A stretch of DNA of 60,443 bases, filler included, from Dugesia japonica (Eukaryota): the NCBI GenBank assembly GCA_001938525.1. It is 6 parts of 6 records of this genome, joined end to end, with 100 filler letters (N's around TTAATTAATTAA, not from the genome) between each part and the next. Parts side by side here need not be neighbours in the genome. Positions count along the whole stretch, not along the records: positions 1 to 9,319 come from MQRL01607415.1; positions 9,420 to 17,717 come from MQRL01566890.1; 4 more parts are not named here. One strand, 5' to 3'. A program made the translations under genes and the position numbers. Below are positions 1-13,279 of this stretch, piece after piece. The stretch's first letter is position 1. Each line of letters begins with the position of its first letter. The notes beneath the pieces were generated by a model, which made no database searches, had not been told where the DNA came from, and saw only the letters and a program-made list of their open reading frames with translations.

Positions 1-3000
1 TTTTCAAAAAGGCGAATAAATCACTATTTTGTCCAATATCAAAGGCGATGAACTAATATCACGATAGGTTATGTTGCTAATTGTCGGACTTCGTCATGGA
101 TTTAATAATCTTGACAATTTCTTGTTACATCATGACCATTGATCTGTCAGCGACTCTTTAGGAATATTTGGAAAAGTGAAAGCTACCTTTTTTGAAGATT
201 TTTTCAACCCTNGGTACTCTGAATGACTGGTGGCACCAGAGGTGTTTCTTGTGTAACCAGACTTGTGGACCTCGGGTGCTCTGATTGAGTGGCGGCACCA
301 GAGACTTTCTCTTGTGTAACCACTTTATCCTCAATCAAAGAAAAAGCAGCTTTCGCCTGTTGGACGCAGGATATTCCAGATAAATAAAGGAATATTAATA
401 TAATATTCCAGATAAATTAATATTATTTTAATTAAATTAATTAAATCAAAATTTAAATCAAAAATTAAATCAAAATTTAATAAATTAAATCATTTGAGAT
501 AACTTATTCAAGTCAGAGCAGTTTTTTGCGAGGAACATAAGGTACTTTGATATTGCGCTTAAGATGTGTACCTTTCTTCCAGCAATTTGTGTGGCTCTTG
601 TCTCTAAATTTCAAAAGTATTTTCGCCAATTCTGGATTTTGATCCATAATATGGTTAATGTACCTAAATACACAGGAAAAAAAGTAACACCAGTTAATCC
701 TATTACGTAAAATTTCACCTATGAAATTAATCTCATGACATAATTTGTGTGCAAAATAATTTTCCCAACTAAATACATAGGAAAAAAGTAACCCCTAATT
801 AAGTACTATTACCTTATGATGCAATTTATGATGCAATTTTTAAATTCCCAACTAAATAAATTAGGATTAAATTTCGTTACGTNACGGTGGGGGGGTGTTA
901 CTGAATGTGTGCGTGGTGCGGTCCGCTACTATGGCAAAACTAATTCTTTTGGTAAAGGCGAGGCAGGGCAGCAAGCTTTAGGATCAATTTCATCATTACC
1001 AAAATAATTGTCGCTTTTATTATTATTAATTATATTGCTGTTATTAATTATATTATTAATGTTATCCCCGTTATAATCATTGTTATATTTATTATCATTA
1101 TTACCACTACTATTGTCACAACAAGAAGCATTTTTATTATTACAATTATTATCGTCTCCGTTAGTATTTTTATTATAAGTATTATTATATATAATGGAAA
1201 TATTATCTTCATATTTAAGTTTGACTTCGCNNNNNNNNNNNNNNNNNNNNNNNNNNNNNNNNNNNNNNNNNNNNNNNNNNGCTATTATTAATTATATTAT
1301 TAATGTTATCCCCGTTATAATCATTGTTATATTTATTACCGTTATTACCACTACGATTGTCACAACAAGAAGCATTTTTATTATTACAATTAATATCGTC
1401 TCCGTTAGTATTTTTATTATAAGTATTATTATATATAATGGAAATATTATTCTCATATTTAAGTTTGACTTCGCATTTACTGGTTTGTAGCAAGATGTCG
1501 CTAAACCTTTTAATATCAGAAGCATAAATGTTTATATATTTATAAATATTTAGAATCATGTTATCAAAGAGGATAGAGAAATCGCTGTTCCCAATGGTTG
1601 TAGTAGGATATTTATTATTAAATATAAATGAGTTTATTTTCTTATTTAATTATTTGAAAATAAGATAATATAATATAATATAAAATCAAATAAGAAACAG
1701 TCATTAAGATCTTTATAGGTCGGCATTAAACATGCCAAATATAACTACTTCATTTTTTCATTTAATCTGTTTTTTATTTATCTACTATTAAATTAGAGAA
1801 ATAAAGTCAAAAAAAACTAAATAACAATATCTCAAAATACAAATTGAACGAGAAGTGAAATATAACAAATTAGATGCTCTCATGATAACAGAGACACGTT
1901 TGTTTAGCACGGACTATGTGATAATGAAATTGAAGTTAAAAGGTTTTAAATTTTAGAACATAAATTTTTCCATTCCATAAGGTCCTTTGAAATTGCACTT
2001 AAGGTTTTCACCTTTCTTCCAGCAATTTTTGTGGCTGCCGTCTCTAAATTCCATAAGAACTGCAAAAGTATTTTCGCCAATTCCGGATTTTGGTCCATAA
2101 TATGGTTAATGTACCTATCGCAACTTTTCTGAAATTTTAAATCTACTTTAGAGAAAGGTTTCACCCTATTATCAGCTGTTGATATAGGAACTTCAGTAGA
2201 TTTCACTTTATTATTAGGAGAGACTTTTTTCCTATCCGAGACATTATTCTTTACAATAACTTTAATATTATGAGGGAGGTCACCCTTACCTTTATTTAAA
2301 ATAGAGATCATACGGAGGACCTTAAATCTATGTTCAACCCGATTACAACAGGTTAAACTTTTCGGGACAACGAATTTGGTCTTTTCAGCGACAAACTCGT
2401 TACAAGGCCTCATAATATTGTTGCTGCTAAAAATCTGTCTCAGACAAGAAAACTTTCTTGGACCTATAACAGAATTGATATTATCCTATCCATTGTTAAG
2501 ATATTCATCAATAAATTCTCTGTTTTTATATTCATTCTCATTATAAGGATCCATATTCCAATTATTGTTAGCACAAATGTGCATTTTGACGAGAATATTT
2601 TATTTGCTCCTTAATTAAATTATAATTACATAATTATCAGTGATTAACCTGATTATTATCTAATTTCTGGATGTTTGTGATTATTAATACTTTCTGGAAT
2701 ATTCGAATTTGATTTGGATCCATCTTTTTGAGCAAACATTGTTTTTTTGCCTCATTAGGAAATTTCAAATTATAATTTATCATATCTTCATTGAAATTTT
2801 CTGGATTGTTTGATTTGGACGATTTTCCAAGAGAGCAATAAAGTTTTTTAACAAAATAATTGATTTATAGCTATCTTTTTGTGTTTCTGATTCTATGTTA
2901 TTAGTAATTTCTGGAATCATCGAACTTGATTGGCATCAATATTTCTTATTTAAACATTCTGTGAGATATGCTTTTTCTTTCAATAGACTGTCCAAAAATT

Positions 3001-3109
3001 TAGAAATGATCTAACAGAGAAGCAACGTTAGGGGTGTAGTCAATTTTCATGTCTTTTTGAACGGCTTTAGACAAGCTGTACAGGTGATACCAGTAACAAT
3101 GGGATCACT

Positions 3110-3574
3110 ACTAGTGAAAGTCCGAAAGGTATGAACTATTGCTTGAATAGCGTATTTGTCTCTAACGGATGTCAGATCAAGGCCACCTTATTGGTATGCT
3201 GTAGAAGCGTTGAGAGGAAGACTGCAAATTTTCTTAATCCTTTTCCTAACTTCAAAGTCAAGAGCTTTGCTAAAAGTTGTATTTTCGACTTCATGATGGG
3301 CATAATCTGAACGTTCACGGTTCGGAATGTTAAAATTTCGAAAGACAAAAGTAAATGTTGACTGGATGAAGATTTTGAAGGCTTCAATCTTTTGCCAGGG
3401 AAATATAATTGAGTTAACCAATTTTTCAAAGTCAGCAATAACTTCCTTAAAAAGCTTGTCCGGTGAATTTTTTAAACCTTTGCTAATATCCAAACCTAGA
3501 TATCTGNNNNNNNNNNNNNNNNNNNNNNNNNNNNNNNNNNNNNNNNNNNNNNNNNNCCTTATGTCCGTTAACAT
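3110..3574 (-). pseudogene. Non-LTR RT domain 7/thumb fragment
   Basis: RYLG..LVNSIIFPWQKIEAFKIFIQ resembles the L-x-P-W-Q-K thumb motif of NeSL/Utopia/R2-group elements. Confidence 0.75.
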
Positions 3575-4214
3575 TATTAATTTTTAAGCAGATATCAGAA
3601 CCTAGAGCCGTTAAACAATTCTTTAAGTTAAAATAACTTGAAATTAAGTTTTCACTTATTGCTGAAACAGTAACGTCCTCATGGTTGTGCTAAATCAGGA
3701 TTGTAATAAATTTAATTAAAATATTAAAGTATTGTTATAAATTAATTAAGTATTAAATTCAAAAATAAATTTGGAAAAATCTAACTACTGGGCATATTTT
3801 TCTAGATTTTCCTTATCAGCGACTAAATAAACTTCAACAAAAATGTTACGCTTTGAAAACAAACCATTAATATTCTTGCAATCTTTAATAAAAGTCATAC
3901 AAATTTCTCAAAAATTAGGCTTTATACTAAGTTAAAAAATTGTTTACAAAATAACATTTTAAAAGATTGATTTTAAAATCTTAAATCTAAATCTTGCGAT
4001 CTTGTTTTGTTCAACTTTTATTCTACCGGTTAATGTGTGAACTAAATATTTAAGAAATTTCCTATGGTTTAGTATGAGTTCATTAGCGAGGGGATCTTTT
4101 TAATAAATTTTGATTTTAAATTTAATTCTGTTTTATTGTTATTTTTCACATGTTCTACTTTGATTAACATCAAACAACAAACGATTTGAACGCTTTTTCG
4201 GTTTTTTGTACAAG

Positions 4215-4460
4215 GCTTTAAAATGTTGGTTTGCGGGGACCCTATTGTTAGAGACGTGGCCAGCAATGATCTTATTCCTACTGCCACTAAATATCTCAAA
4301 CACCCTAAAATCTACTATATTAATGACTCGTTAGACTGGCTTTATATCAATACTATCCAATCCTACTACAAATGTTGGTGGTCCCAGATTCAGATAGCGA
4401 TTGTGAATCTCAAAAATATCCTTAATATTGAGATCAGGTTTCAACACAATGAACTTGGAA
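4215..4460 (+). pseudogene. Inverted fragment of non-LTR post-RT region
   Basis: FKMLVCGDPIVRDVA..KCWWSQ resembles the post-thumb segment of NeSL/Utopia ORFs. Confidence 0.5.
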
Positions 4461-5339
4461 CTATAATATATTGATGTTGTTAATTACGGCAGAAATTTCA
4501 GTCTTTAAAGAATTTTTATTAAAGTTATTAAAGATATGCGTTATTTCATTTTCAAAGGTTTTATCAATTGTATTTTTTTTATTATAATTATTATTTTTAA
4601 AGTAGTTAATTAAATTATAAAATAATAAAATTATTAATAAATTATGAAATAATATGTATAAAGAATTTGAATTATTTAAAGTTAAACAATCTTCAGAAAT
4701 ACCTGACTTAATTTTAACATTAACTTTTGGCTGTACATAATCAGCTGATCTGGTAATAAAATTTCTGAAGTTGAATATATTTTCTTTTGTAGCATTATTA
4801 TTGTGATTTCTTTCATTATTGTTGAGGTCATTTGGATGCATTTTAGTAGGATTGATATTATCCTTTCCATTGTTAAGATATTCATCAATAAATTCTCTGT
4901 TTTTATATTCATTCTTATTATAAAGATCCATATTCTTTTCATAGATATTCCTCGGATAGTTTTTGGGTATTCCATTATCAAGAAAATCATTTTCAGTATT
5001 AACTTTCTGATTTTTAGTAGAATAGTTTTGATAATATCTTGCAATTTCAGGATTGCATAATAATTTTAATTCATTATTGATGTTTTACATAATATTCTGG
5101 ATTTGTAATGAATTTTTGATAATAATTTTTTGATCTTGTGGAATGTTTGATGAATAGCTGGGAATTTCAGAAGCATTTCTTTTTATATTCGATGAAAGAC
5201 AATTATCAGAGCTTATTTTCAGTGTTGATTGAGTGATATGGCGATCTAACTGAATAGGTTCATTTGCTCTTTTACTTGTTGGTGGATAATTTTCACAAGT
5301 TTTCATATTCACACATTCTGTGGGATAAGCTTTTTCTTT

Positions 5340-5700
5340 CAATAGATTGTCCAAAAATTTAGAGACGATCTGACAGAGATCATAGTAGCCTTTAGAAGGG
5401 TCATTAAGGTTTGATGTTTGAGCATTTTCAAATCCAGTATTTTCCGTAATATGATGTTCTGTTTAGTAGCCAGAATTCCTGACGTTCTTTGATTTCAATT
5501 TGGAGATCAACTCGCAATTGTGAATTCAAAAGTCCACAATTGTTCCGACCATTTGATGAGATTTGAAAGTTTGTAGAGACGATGAATTTGAAAACTGGCA
5601 TCTGCTTTTGAGTTTTCGTGAATTGTGACACTTTCAAATTTTGCATTGACTTAACATACTGCCAGCAGCTATCAAAAATTGCACAACATAGAGATTCGGA
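5340..5700 (-). pseudogene. Degenerate restriction-like endonuclease (RLE) region of a non-LTR element
   Basis: SQLRVDLQIEI..FWLL resembles the RPD-type motif. ISVRSSLNFWTIY resembles the RLE terminal motif. Confidence 0.55.
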
Positions 5701-5815
5701 TAAGAATGTGCTATTAGAAGGCAATTGAAGGTTATCAACAAGCTTATTTATTGTAAGCATATTGATGTCCACAAGAGATTTAAGGGACACTTCTACCATT
5801 AGTCGTCAACAGTTC

Positions 5816-6331
5816 CTATCTGGCTGTTGCGGTTCCATATCGTTTTTCTTGCTCCTCCATACCCATAAGTCTCAGAATTCCCGTAATGTGACGAATAGGA
5901 AGGCTTACAAAAGCATCAGAGATGTCTAAGTAGGCAATATGAAGAGGTTTCTCGGACCCATATTCTTCTAGAATGCACCGAAGGATATTGTTGTGTTCAG
6001 TGCAACCTTCAGATCTTCCAGTGCCTTTTTGAAGAGGGAACAAAAGACAATTTTCATCAATCCAGTTTTCGATTTGGTGAGCCAAGCATGCAGTAAAGAG
6101 TTTATAGGTACACTCAAGTAAGGCTATTGATCTCCAAGATCCAATTTTGTTATACTGTCCTTCTTTATCAGGTTTTGGAATTAACAGAGTGCAGTAAGAT
6201 TTCCATCTCTTAAGAATAATTCCAGTTTTGAGAATTCTGTTAAAGAGATGACACAATAATTGGGCTTGAGGATCGCAATATTTGATATCTCTATAAGTTA
6301 CATTGCTGATATCTGGGCTGCTATTTGACAT
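5816..6331 (-). pseudogene. Non-LTR reverse transcriptase fragment, domains 0-3 (NeSL/Utopia-like)
   Basis: SSPDISNVTY..DPQAQLLCHLFN..RWKSYCTLLIPK..WRSIALLECTYKLF..QKG..GCTEHN..YLDISDAFVS is a typical non-LTR RT motif series. It is truncated before the YADD region. Confidence 0.9.
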
Positions 6332-7186
6332 ATTGTTGAGAATTTTGATGAGATCACATTGATCGATTTCTTTGAACTTGAAAGCGGGACCATGACGAAT
6401 ACGAGGAAAAATATTCCAGTCAGTGTCAGGAGGATAAATCGATTTAAGCCCAAAGTAATTCTCAATTACTTCTTTAGTAGGAGAAGAACTGACCTTATTG
6501 TCGAATTTGATGATATCAAATACAGAATTCGGAGTTGTTTAAACTTTTCGCGTAAAGAAAAGTCAAGTTTTGATCTATCACTTCTGAACCGATTTGTGCT
6601 GTTGATGTTTTTAGACTTAACATTCCTTTAATTCAAAATGTGGTCAGTGTAAGCTTTTTCGATTTCTTCAGGAGAAGCGTTTTGGAAGTCAGCAAACATT
6701 TTGACAATGAAAGAAACTCTCTCGTGAAGAGCGTAAGTTTTCTTAGAAGAACGAGTAGGACTAATTTCGACATCAATTTTAACGGGAAAGCTGATGAGCA
6801 ACACAATATTTTCTCGAACTTTAGGCAAATTAATGTTAGTGAGGCATTGATTGTGAATAATTCNNNNNNNNNNNNNNNNNNNNNNNNNNNNNNNNNNNNN
6901 NNNNNNNNNNNNNNNNNNNNNNNNNNNNNNNNNNNNNNNNNNNNNNNNNNNNNNNNNNNNNNNNNNNNNNNNNNNNNNNNNNNNNNNNNNNNNNNNNNNN
7001 NNNNATCAATCAATGGCTTATTTAAACTGTGACTTATGGTGTCAATTAGGAATGATTCGCGATCTTTTTGATTAAAAATAAAAATATTCCAGTCCATATT
7101 AGAGAGTACAGCGTCGCAGGGTACTTAACCATAGAAAAGCACAAATATAAAGTATCATCACAAAAATGTTAAAGTTCAGTTTTAAC

Positions 7187-7665
7187 TCATCGAATGTTGA
7201 TAGCGTTTGTTGAGACTTGAGCTAACTTATCATTTGTTGAGACTGAAACCTTATCAATTTCGTTCTCCATTCGATTCCAAGCAACTGAGATTTGTGAATC
7301 ATCTGTCAGACTTTGTTGTAAATAGATCCCATTGTTTTTCTCTTCCATAAGTCTTTGATTTGCATCCACCAGTTCCATATAACTTGGGGCTCCATCGACA
7401 AGATTAAGAGTATTGTGAGAAATCCAGATGAGATTACTCCATTTTATGTTGGAGGAATTCAGATCATTTTTCAAATTGTGGATTTTTGATTAAGGAGTTT
7501 TCAGTTTTTTGAGAATTTTGTCATTTTGAAATCGCCAAGAGCCAAGACATCCGACTATGAACGTATCAAGAATTATATGCCAATTAGGTAAAATGATCTG
7601 GAGTTGGTCTTTGAGACATTGGTATTTGGAGATATTTGCCTCATGGGTGTGTTCCATATTATCCA
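7187..7665 (-). pseudogene. RLE C-terminus of NeSL/Utopia-like element plus in-frame extension
   Basis: Minus-strand translation reads EANISKYQCLKDQLQ..FIVGCLGSWRFQNDKILKKL*..SNIKWSNLIWISH. This contains the K-x-x-K-Y-like, VG-x-LGSW and S-x-x-I-W motifs of RLE domains. Confidence 0.85.
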
Positions 7666-9319
7666 NNNNNNNNNNNNNNNNNNNNNNNNNNNNNNNNNNN
7701 NNNNNNNNNNNNNNNNNNNNNNNNNNNNNNNNNNNNNNNNNNNNNNNNNNNNNNNNNNNNNNNNNNNNNNNNNNNNNNNNNNNNNNNNNNNNNNNNNNNN
7801 NNNNNNNNNNNNNNNNNNNNNNNNNNNNNNNNNNNNNNNNNNNNNNNNNNNNNNNNNNNNNNNNNNNNNNNNNNNNNNNNNNNNNNACGTGATATTGAGA
7901 TTCAATATCACAGTAACATTTCCTTCAATGTTTTTTATCTGTCAAGATGTGAGGACGACCATTAACAGGTAAGGTGTCTTAGCCGGTATCCAAAGATATC
8001 TGGCGACTCTTTTTTTTGGATATCCAGCGACTCTTTAGGAATATTTGGAAAAGTGAAAGCTACCTTTTTTGAAGATTTTTTCANNNNNNNNNNNNNNNNN
8101 NNNNNNNNNNNNNNNNNNNNNNNNNNNNNNNNNGTAACAGAGAATTCAGTATTTCACATTTTCGGTCTCAGTTAGGGCTTGAATCCTGTAATGCTGAAAA
8201 GAAAAGATTGATGTCTGTTAGTGACATAATACGAATTAGCCGGGCACGATCCAAGCACGTGANNNNNNNNNNNNNNNNNNNNNNNNNNNNNNNNNNAATG
8301 TTTTTTATCTGTCAAGATGTGAGGACAACCATTAACAGGTAAGGTGTCTTAGCCGGTGTGAAACTTGCCAGAGCAAATTTTAATTTCTTTTTAGTTCTAG
8401 TATTATTCCCTACACAGCTTAGGTCTTTAGCTGGAATACTGATGGATGTATCAGCTGAGAAGTTTAAAACTTCACCTGTTACATTTAGATAATCTGGATG
8501 CAGATTAAATTCTTCCACTGGTCCATGGTTGACATTACTGATTGAGTCCGATAGAATATTATTTTGAGCTTCGGCAATATAGGTATGGACTACTAAATCC
8601 AGTTCTATTTCTTGATTTCCTTATGATTTTTTGGATAGAGAATTCTGTATACTTTTTCATTACAAAGAAAAGTATTTTTTGCTCAGCAGAATTCTCTAAG
8701 TTCCTTGACATCCTCCACAGGAAGTGTCAACATCGATGAAGGTGTCTCAAACTGGTTTATGAATTTGAAATGCTTCACCGCAATTTTCCTCAAAATCAGA
8801 GGAGCATTTAAGAGAAGGGAGTCATAAACTTTGATGAACAAAAGATTTTTCATCTNNNNNNNNNNNNNNNNNNNNNNNNNNNNNNNNNNNNNNNNNNNNN
8901 NNNNNNNNNNNNNNNNNNNNNNNNNNNNNNNNNNNNNNNNNNNNNNNNNNNNNNNNNNNNNNNNNNNNNNNNNNNNNNNNNNNNNNNNTACTCTGAATGG
9001 CTGGCGGCACCAGAGGTTTTTCTTCTGTAACCACTTTATCCTTAATCAAAGAAAACAAGCTATCGCCTGTTAGTCGCAGGATATTCCAGATAAATTAGGG
9101 TAAATTTAAATAAAAATTTAAATCAAAAATTAAATCAAAATTTAATAAATTAAATCATTTGAGATAACTTATTCAAGTCAGAGCATTAAATTACCTCATC
9201 CAAGTAGCACAGTCGAGCATTTATTCCGACTGTTCACTTTCAGTATTTTTTCCAGTATTTATTCATAATAATTCAAATAATTCAATTAATAATAATTCAA
9301 ATAATATTTAAAATAATAA

Positions 9320-9419
9320 NNNNNNNNNNNNNNNNNNNNNNNNNNNNNNNNNNNNNNNNNNNNTTAATTAATTAANNNNNNNNNNNNNNNNNNNNNNNNN
9401 NNNNNNNNNNNNNNNNNNN
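9320..9419. other. Artificial scaffold linker (44N-TTAATTAATTAA-44N)
   Basis: Exact 100-nt structure, repeated five times in the window. Confidence 0.97.
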
Positions 9420-10849
9420 AATTGAAATTGTTGTATTATTCATGAAATTTAAGTAGTTTTGTACAAAATCTAATGAAAATAGTGTATATGATAATGACAT
9501 TAGACCATACTTTATTGAAATTAGTGAACAAAATGAGTGAATTAAGTTGATTGAATGTATTCGGTCTAATGATTATACTTGGTTCAAATAGTATGTATTT
9601 GAAACATTGGGTTTAATAATATGTATATTCGTTAGCATATTTTTTGTAAATGAAATTAAATGTCTTGAGTGAGTTGATTTACTGTATTTAGTATTATGTA
9701 ACGAATAGACTATATATAATTAAAATAGTTTATTGAGAGAACATATTTTTGTGTAATGATTGAATGAATTAAGTAGATTAGGTGTATGAATATATTTATT
9801 GTTCATATACTTTTAGTAATTTATTATGAATTTTTATATTCTTCTAATAATTTATTGATAATTTCTCTTTACTTTTAGTAACTTTTTGATAATTTCTATA
9901 TACTTCTTGTAAATATTTGAATTATTTTCTTATTGTTTTACAAAGGATTTTAAAAACTTTAGCAACTTCTAGTAAATTTTCAAAACTTTTTGTATACTTC
10001 TAGTAAATATTAAGGATTTTTGATATACTTCTTGTAACTTATTTTTTTTGATATACTTCTTGTATTTATATACTTCTAGTAAATATTTGAGAAATTATTT
10101 CAAGATCTAGTAAATCTTTTTACAATTGCAATTATTGCGAGAATAATTGTTGGACTTAACCATTGATAGTTTTATAGAATTCATTTAATANNNNNNNNNN
10201 NNNNNNNNNNNNNNNNNNNNNNNNNNNNNNNNNNNNNNNNNNNNNNNNNNNNNNNNNNNNNNNNNNNNNNNNNNNNNNNNNNNNNNNNNNNNNNNNNNNN
10301 NNNNNNNNNNNNNNNNNNNNNNNNNNNNNNNNNNNNNAATAATTAAAACCTAAATTTTGATGTAAGCTTTTATATTAAATGAAATCTAGTAAATCGTTAA
10401 GAAATTTTAAACACTTCTAGTAGATATTTGAAAAGTTTTTGTTATGTTGATTAAGTGAATCAAGTATATGTTGACTGGATCAAATAATATAAATGTGTGA
10501 TGTATTGAGTGGATATGTATGTATATTAACTGATAATATTATTTGTATTAAGTGATTGTAAGGAATGGAATGCATGTATAGATTCAATAGGTTCATTATG
10601 TAAAACGGGTTAAATGAATGTGATGGGTTATATTGAGCTTATTATACTATATGTTTTAATAAATGTATTGAATGTATTGAGTATATTGACTGAATAAATT
10701 GTTAATGTAAGTAAGTGAATCATGTTACTTCCCAGATGACTCTTAGTTTTCATTAAAATTATCAATATTACATAATCAATAATTTGAGTTTAATCATCTT
10801 AATCTAGTTAAGAATTCTAATCCAAGGGGTAAAAATAATAAACCATCGT

Positions 10850-13090
10850 GTAAACTTCTTAACCAATACATTAAAATTCTTAATTTATATATGAAAATTG
10901 AAACCTACCACACTAACTTTGACCTATCAAACAAAACGAAAAGTCATAAATCAATATACAAAACTTAACTCAACACAAAATTTCAAAACGAACATACAAA
11001 ACTGATGATCCAATTCATAAAAATTATAATACATTACACAAAGTTCTAAATCAATACTCAGAAATTGAAAACCAACGTACAAAAAAGTAATATATATCAC
11101 ACAAAACTCAAAGCCAACATATAAACATTAATACTCAAAATGAAAAATAATAAACTCATGACATGAAATTGATAATCAATTCACTTAAATTCTTAACTGA
11201 TACACTAAAGTTCTTAACCAGTCATATAAAGATTTATCTCAGCACACTGAAATTTTAACCATTACACTAAAATTAAAACGTGTGAAACTAACAGAATCAC
11301 TCGAAATTGAATCAATACTTAAAAGTAAATAATATACCGATAAAGCAATACATTTCCTATAACCACTAAACATTTGGCACTTGAACCAATAATATAACTA
11401 AATTTCTCATTCTTGACATTAAAAATTTACTTACTGAAACCAAACCTTTGACTGATATGAATTAAATCAAGTAATTAATTTTTATCTTTATTAATTTGGT
11501 GAATATATCGATCAAATTGAACTGGTAAAGAACCCATAAAATAGTTTTTCAATCCATATTATGTATTTCATTCATTTATCAATCATCTACGTGAACTGTT
11601 ACAATCTATTTATTGTAATTCAATCCCTAATTTACGTATTTAAATATTCTCATAATTTATTCTAGTATTTACAAATCAATCAAATAAAAATTTAACCCAA
11701 AATAACATGTGCAAACCTTTACTTAAACTAAAACGTACAACATAATTAATTAAAAATAAATTAATTTAATCCATCACATGAAAATTATAATCAATCATTC
11801 TTAGATTTAAACTAATGCACCAAAGGTCTATGTCAACACACTAAATTTTCAATCAAAATTTAAAATTGTAGCACATTACATTAAAATTATAATCTGTCAT
11901 ACAAAAAATATTCAAAATCAATACATAATTTAGTTATCTAAAATTAATACTATAATTTAAAAATCAACTATAAATATATGAAAATCTAAACCAATACATA
12001 TAAACCTTTAAAACAACACAATAAAAATTGTAATCAAAAACATAAAATCTATAATCTATCATACAAATATCTAAATTAATACAGAAAAATTCGAAACGGA
12101 ACTTAAAAGGTCTTAAACCATAATACAAATATTTTAAACCTAAGCATTTAAGCCAACATAATAAAAATTGTAACATATTACATAAATATTATAACCATTT
12201 ATACAAAAATCTAAATTATATATAAAAATATGAAACCAATACAAAACATTACAATTGAACATATAAAATATTTAGCCATTATACAAGCATTTTAAACCAA
12301 CACTATAAATTTTAAGCCAACATACTAAAAACATTGTAATACATTACATAAAAATCTATACTTAACATGTAAAAAATAAAACTTTTAACACAAAACTGAA
12401 AAGTAATATAAAAAACTTCAAAGCCAACGCTTTAAAATTCAAAGTAAATAGATAAAAAATCTAAATCAATGCATAAATTCCAAACTAATACACTAAAGGT
12501 TTAAACCAACACATCACGATTCAAAATCAATTTATGAAAATCTAAACTAATACATAAAAATTTCAAACTAATACACTTAACCTTTATACCAACTTCAATA
12601 ATAATGTAACTCATTACATAAAAATAATAAACCATAACGCAAACTTTACAATCAAACTTATAACTTGTTAACAATTATATAAAAAATCTAAACTAATACA
12701 TTTAAATTCAAAACTATTACACAGAATTTACAACCAATCATCCAAATATTTTAAACTAACACAATAAATTTAAAGCCTCTCGTACAAAAATCCTAACAAA
12801 TGTATAAAAATTCGAAACCAATACAATAAAATTTTAATCAAACACTTAAAAATTCAAAAATTAGAATTCATAACAAAACATTGTAATCTAACATAGAAAA
12901 ATACAAAATCTGACATAGAAAATGTTCAAAGTTTAAAATTCGTCACCTTAAATTGTAATCTAACATAAACATCTGAAATACATCATAGAAAATCTTAATC
13001 AAACATAAAAAAGTTACATAAATTACATGCAAATTATAATCTAACATAAAATGCGAAACCAATCTATTAAAATTAACTTAATACATTAAA
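10850..13090. repeat. Degenerate, strand-asymmetric (A/C-rich) tandem repeat, about 21-22 bp period
   Basis: Recurrent units like aaatctaaaccaatacataaa and aaactaatacactaaa; G is scarce on the plus strand. Period estimated by eye. Confidence 0.6.
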
Positions 13091-13279
13091 CAAAATTAAT
13101 AAATTCAATTATTTGATACAATTAAGACCTATAATATACTCAATCTACATAATATATTCAATATAATCTATCAATTCATAAAATTTAATAAAAGCATTCA
13201 ATACATTTGACATATTTATTTCATCGAGATTTCTTGATTACTCTATTCAATACAGTCATAAACCCAATGATCACTGAAA

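Larger units (their letters stand above)
1..9319 (-). mobile_element. Mosaic of several decayed RLE-type non-LTR retrotransposon copies (NeSL/Utopia-like), mostly minus strand
   Basis: RT, post-RT and RLE fragments are listed separately below. A possible N-terminal C2H2-like motif (LKC..CGEAFQIH) lies near 8750-8820. Internal duplications: about 150-530 vs 8025-8080 and 8990-9185; 560-665 vs 2000-2115; 2475-2555 vs 4850-4935; 2960-3020 vs 5310-5380. Confidence 0.8.

Noticed and set aside
1040-1475. Tandem duplication and hydrophobic ORFs 1194-1559
   Set aside because: Near-identical copies flank a gap, probably an unmerged overlap or allelic haplotypes; the ORFs are low-complexity.
9364-9375. 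TTAATTAATTAA as a biological palindrome or regularly spaced repeat array
   Set aside because: It is always flanked by exactly 44 N on each side, so it is an assembly linker.
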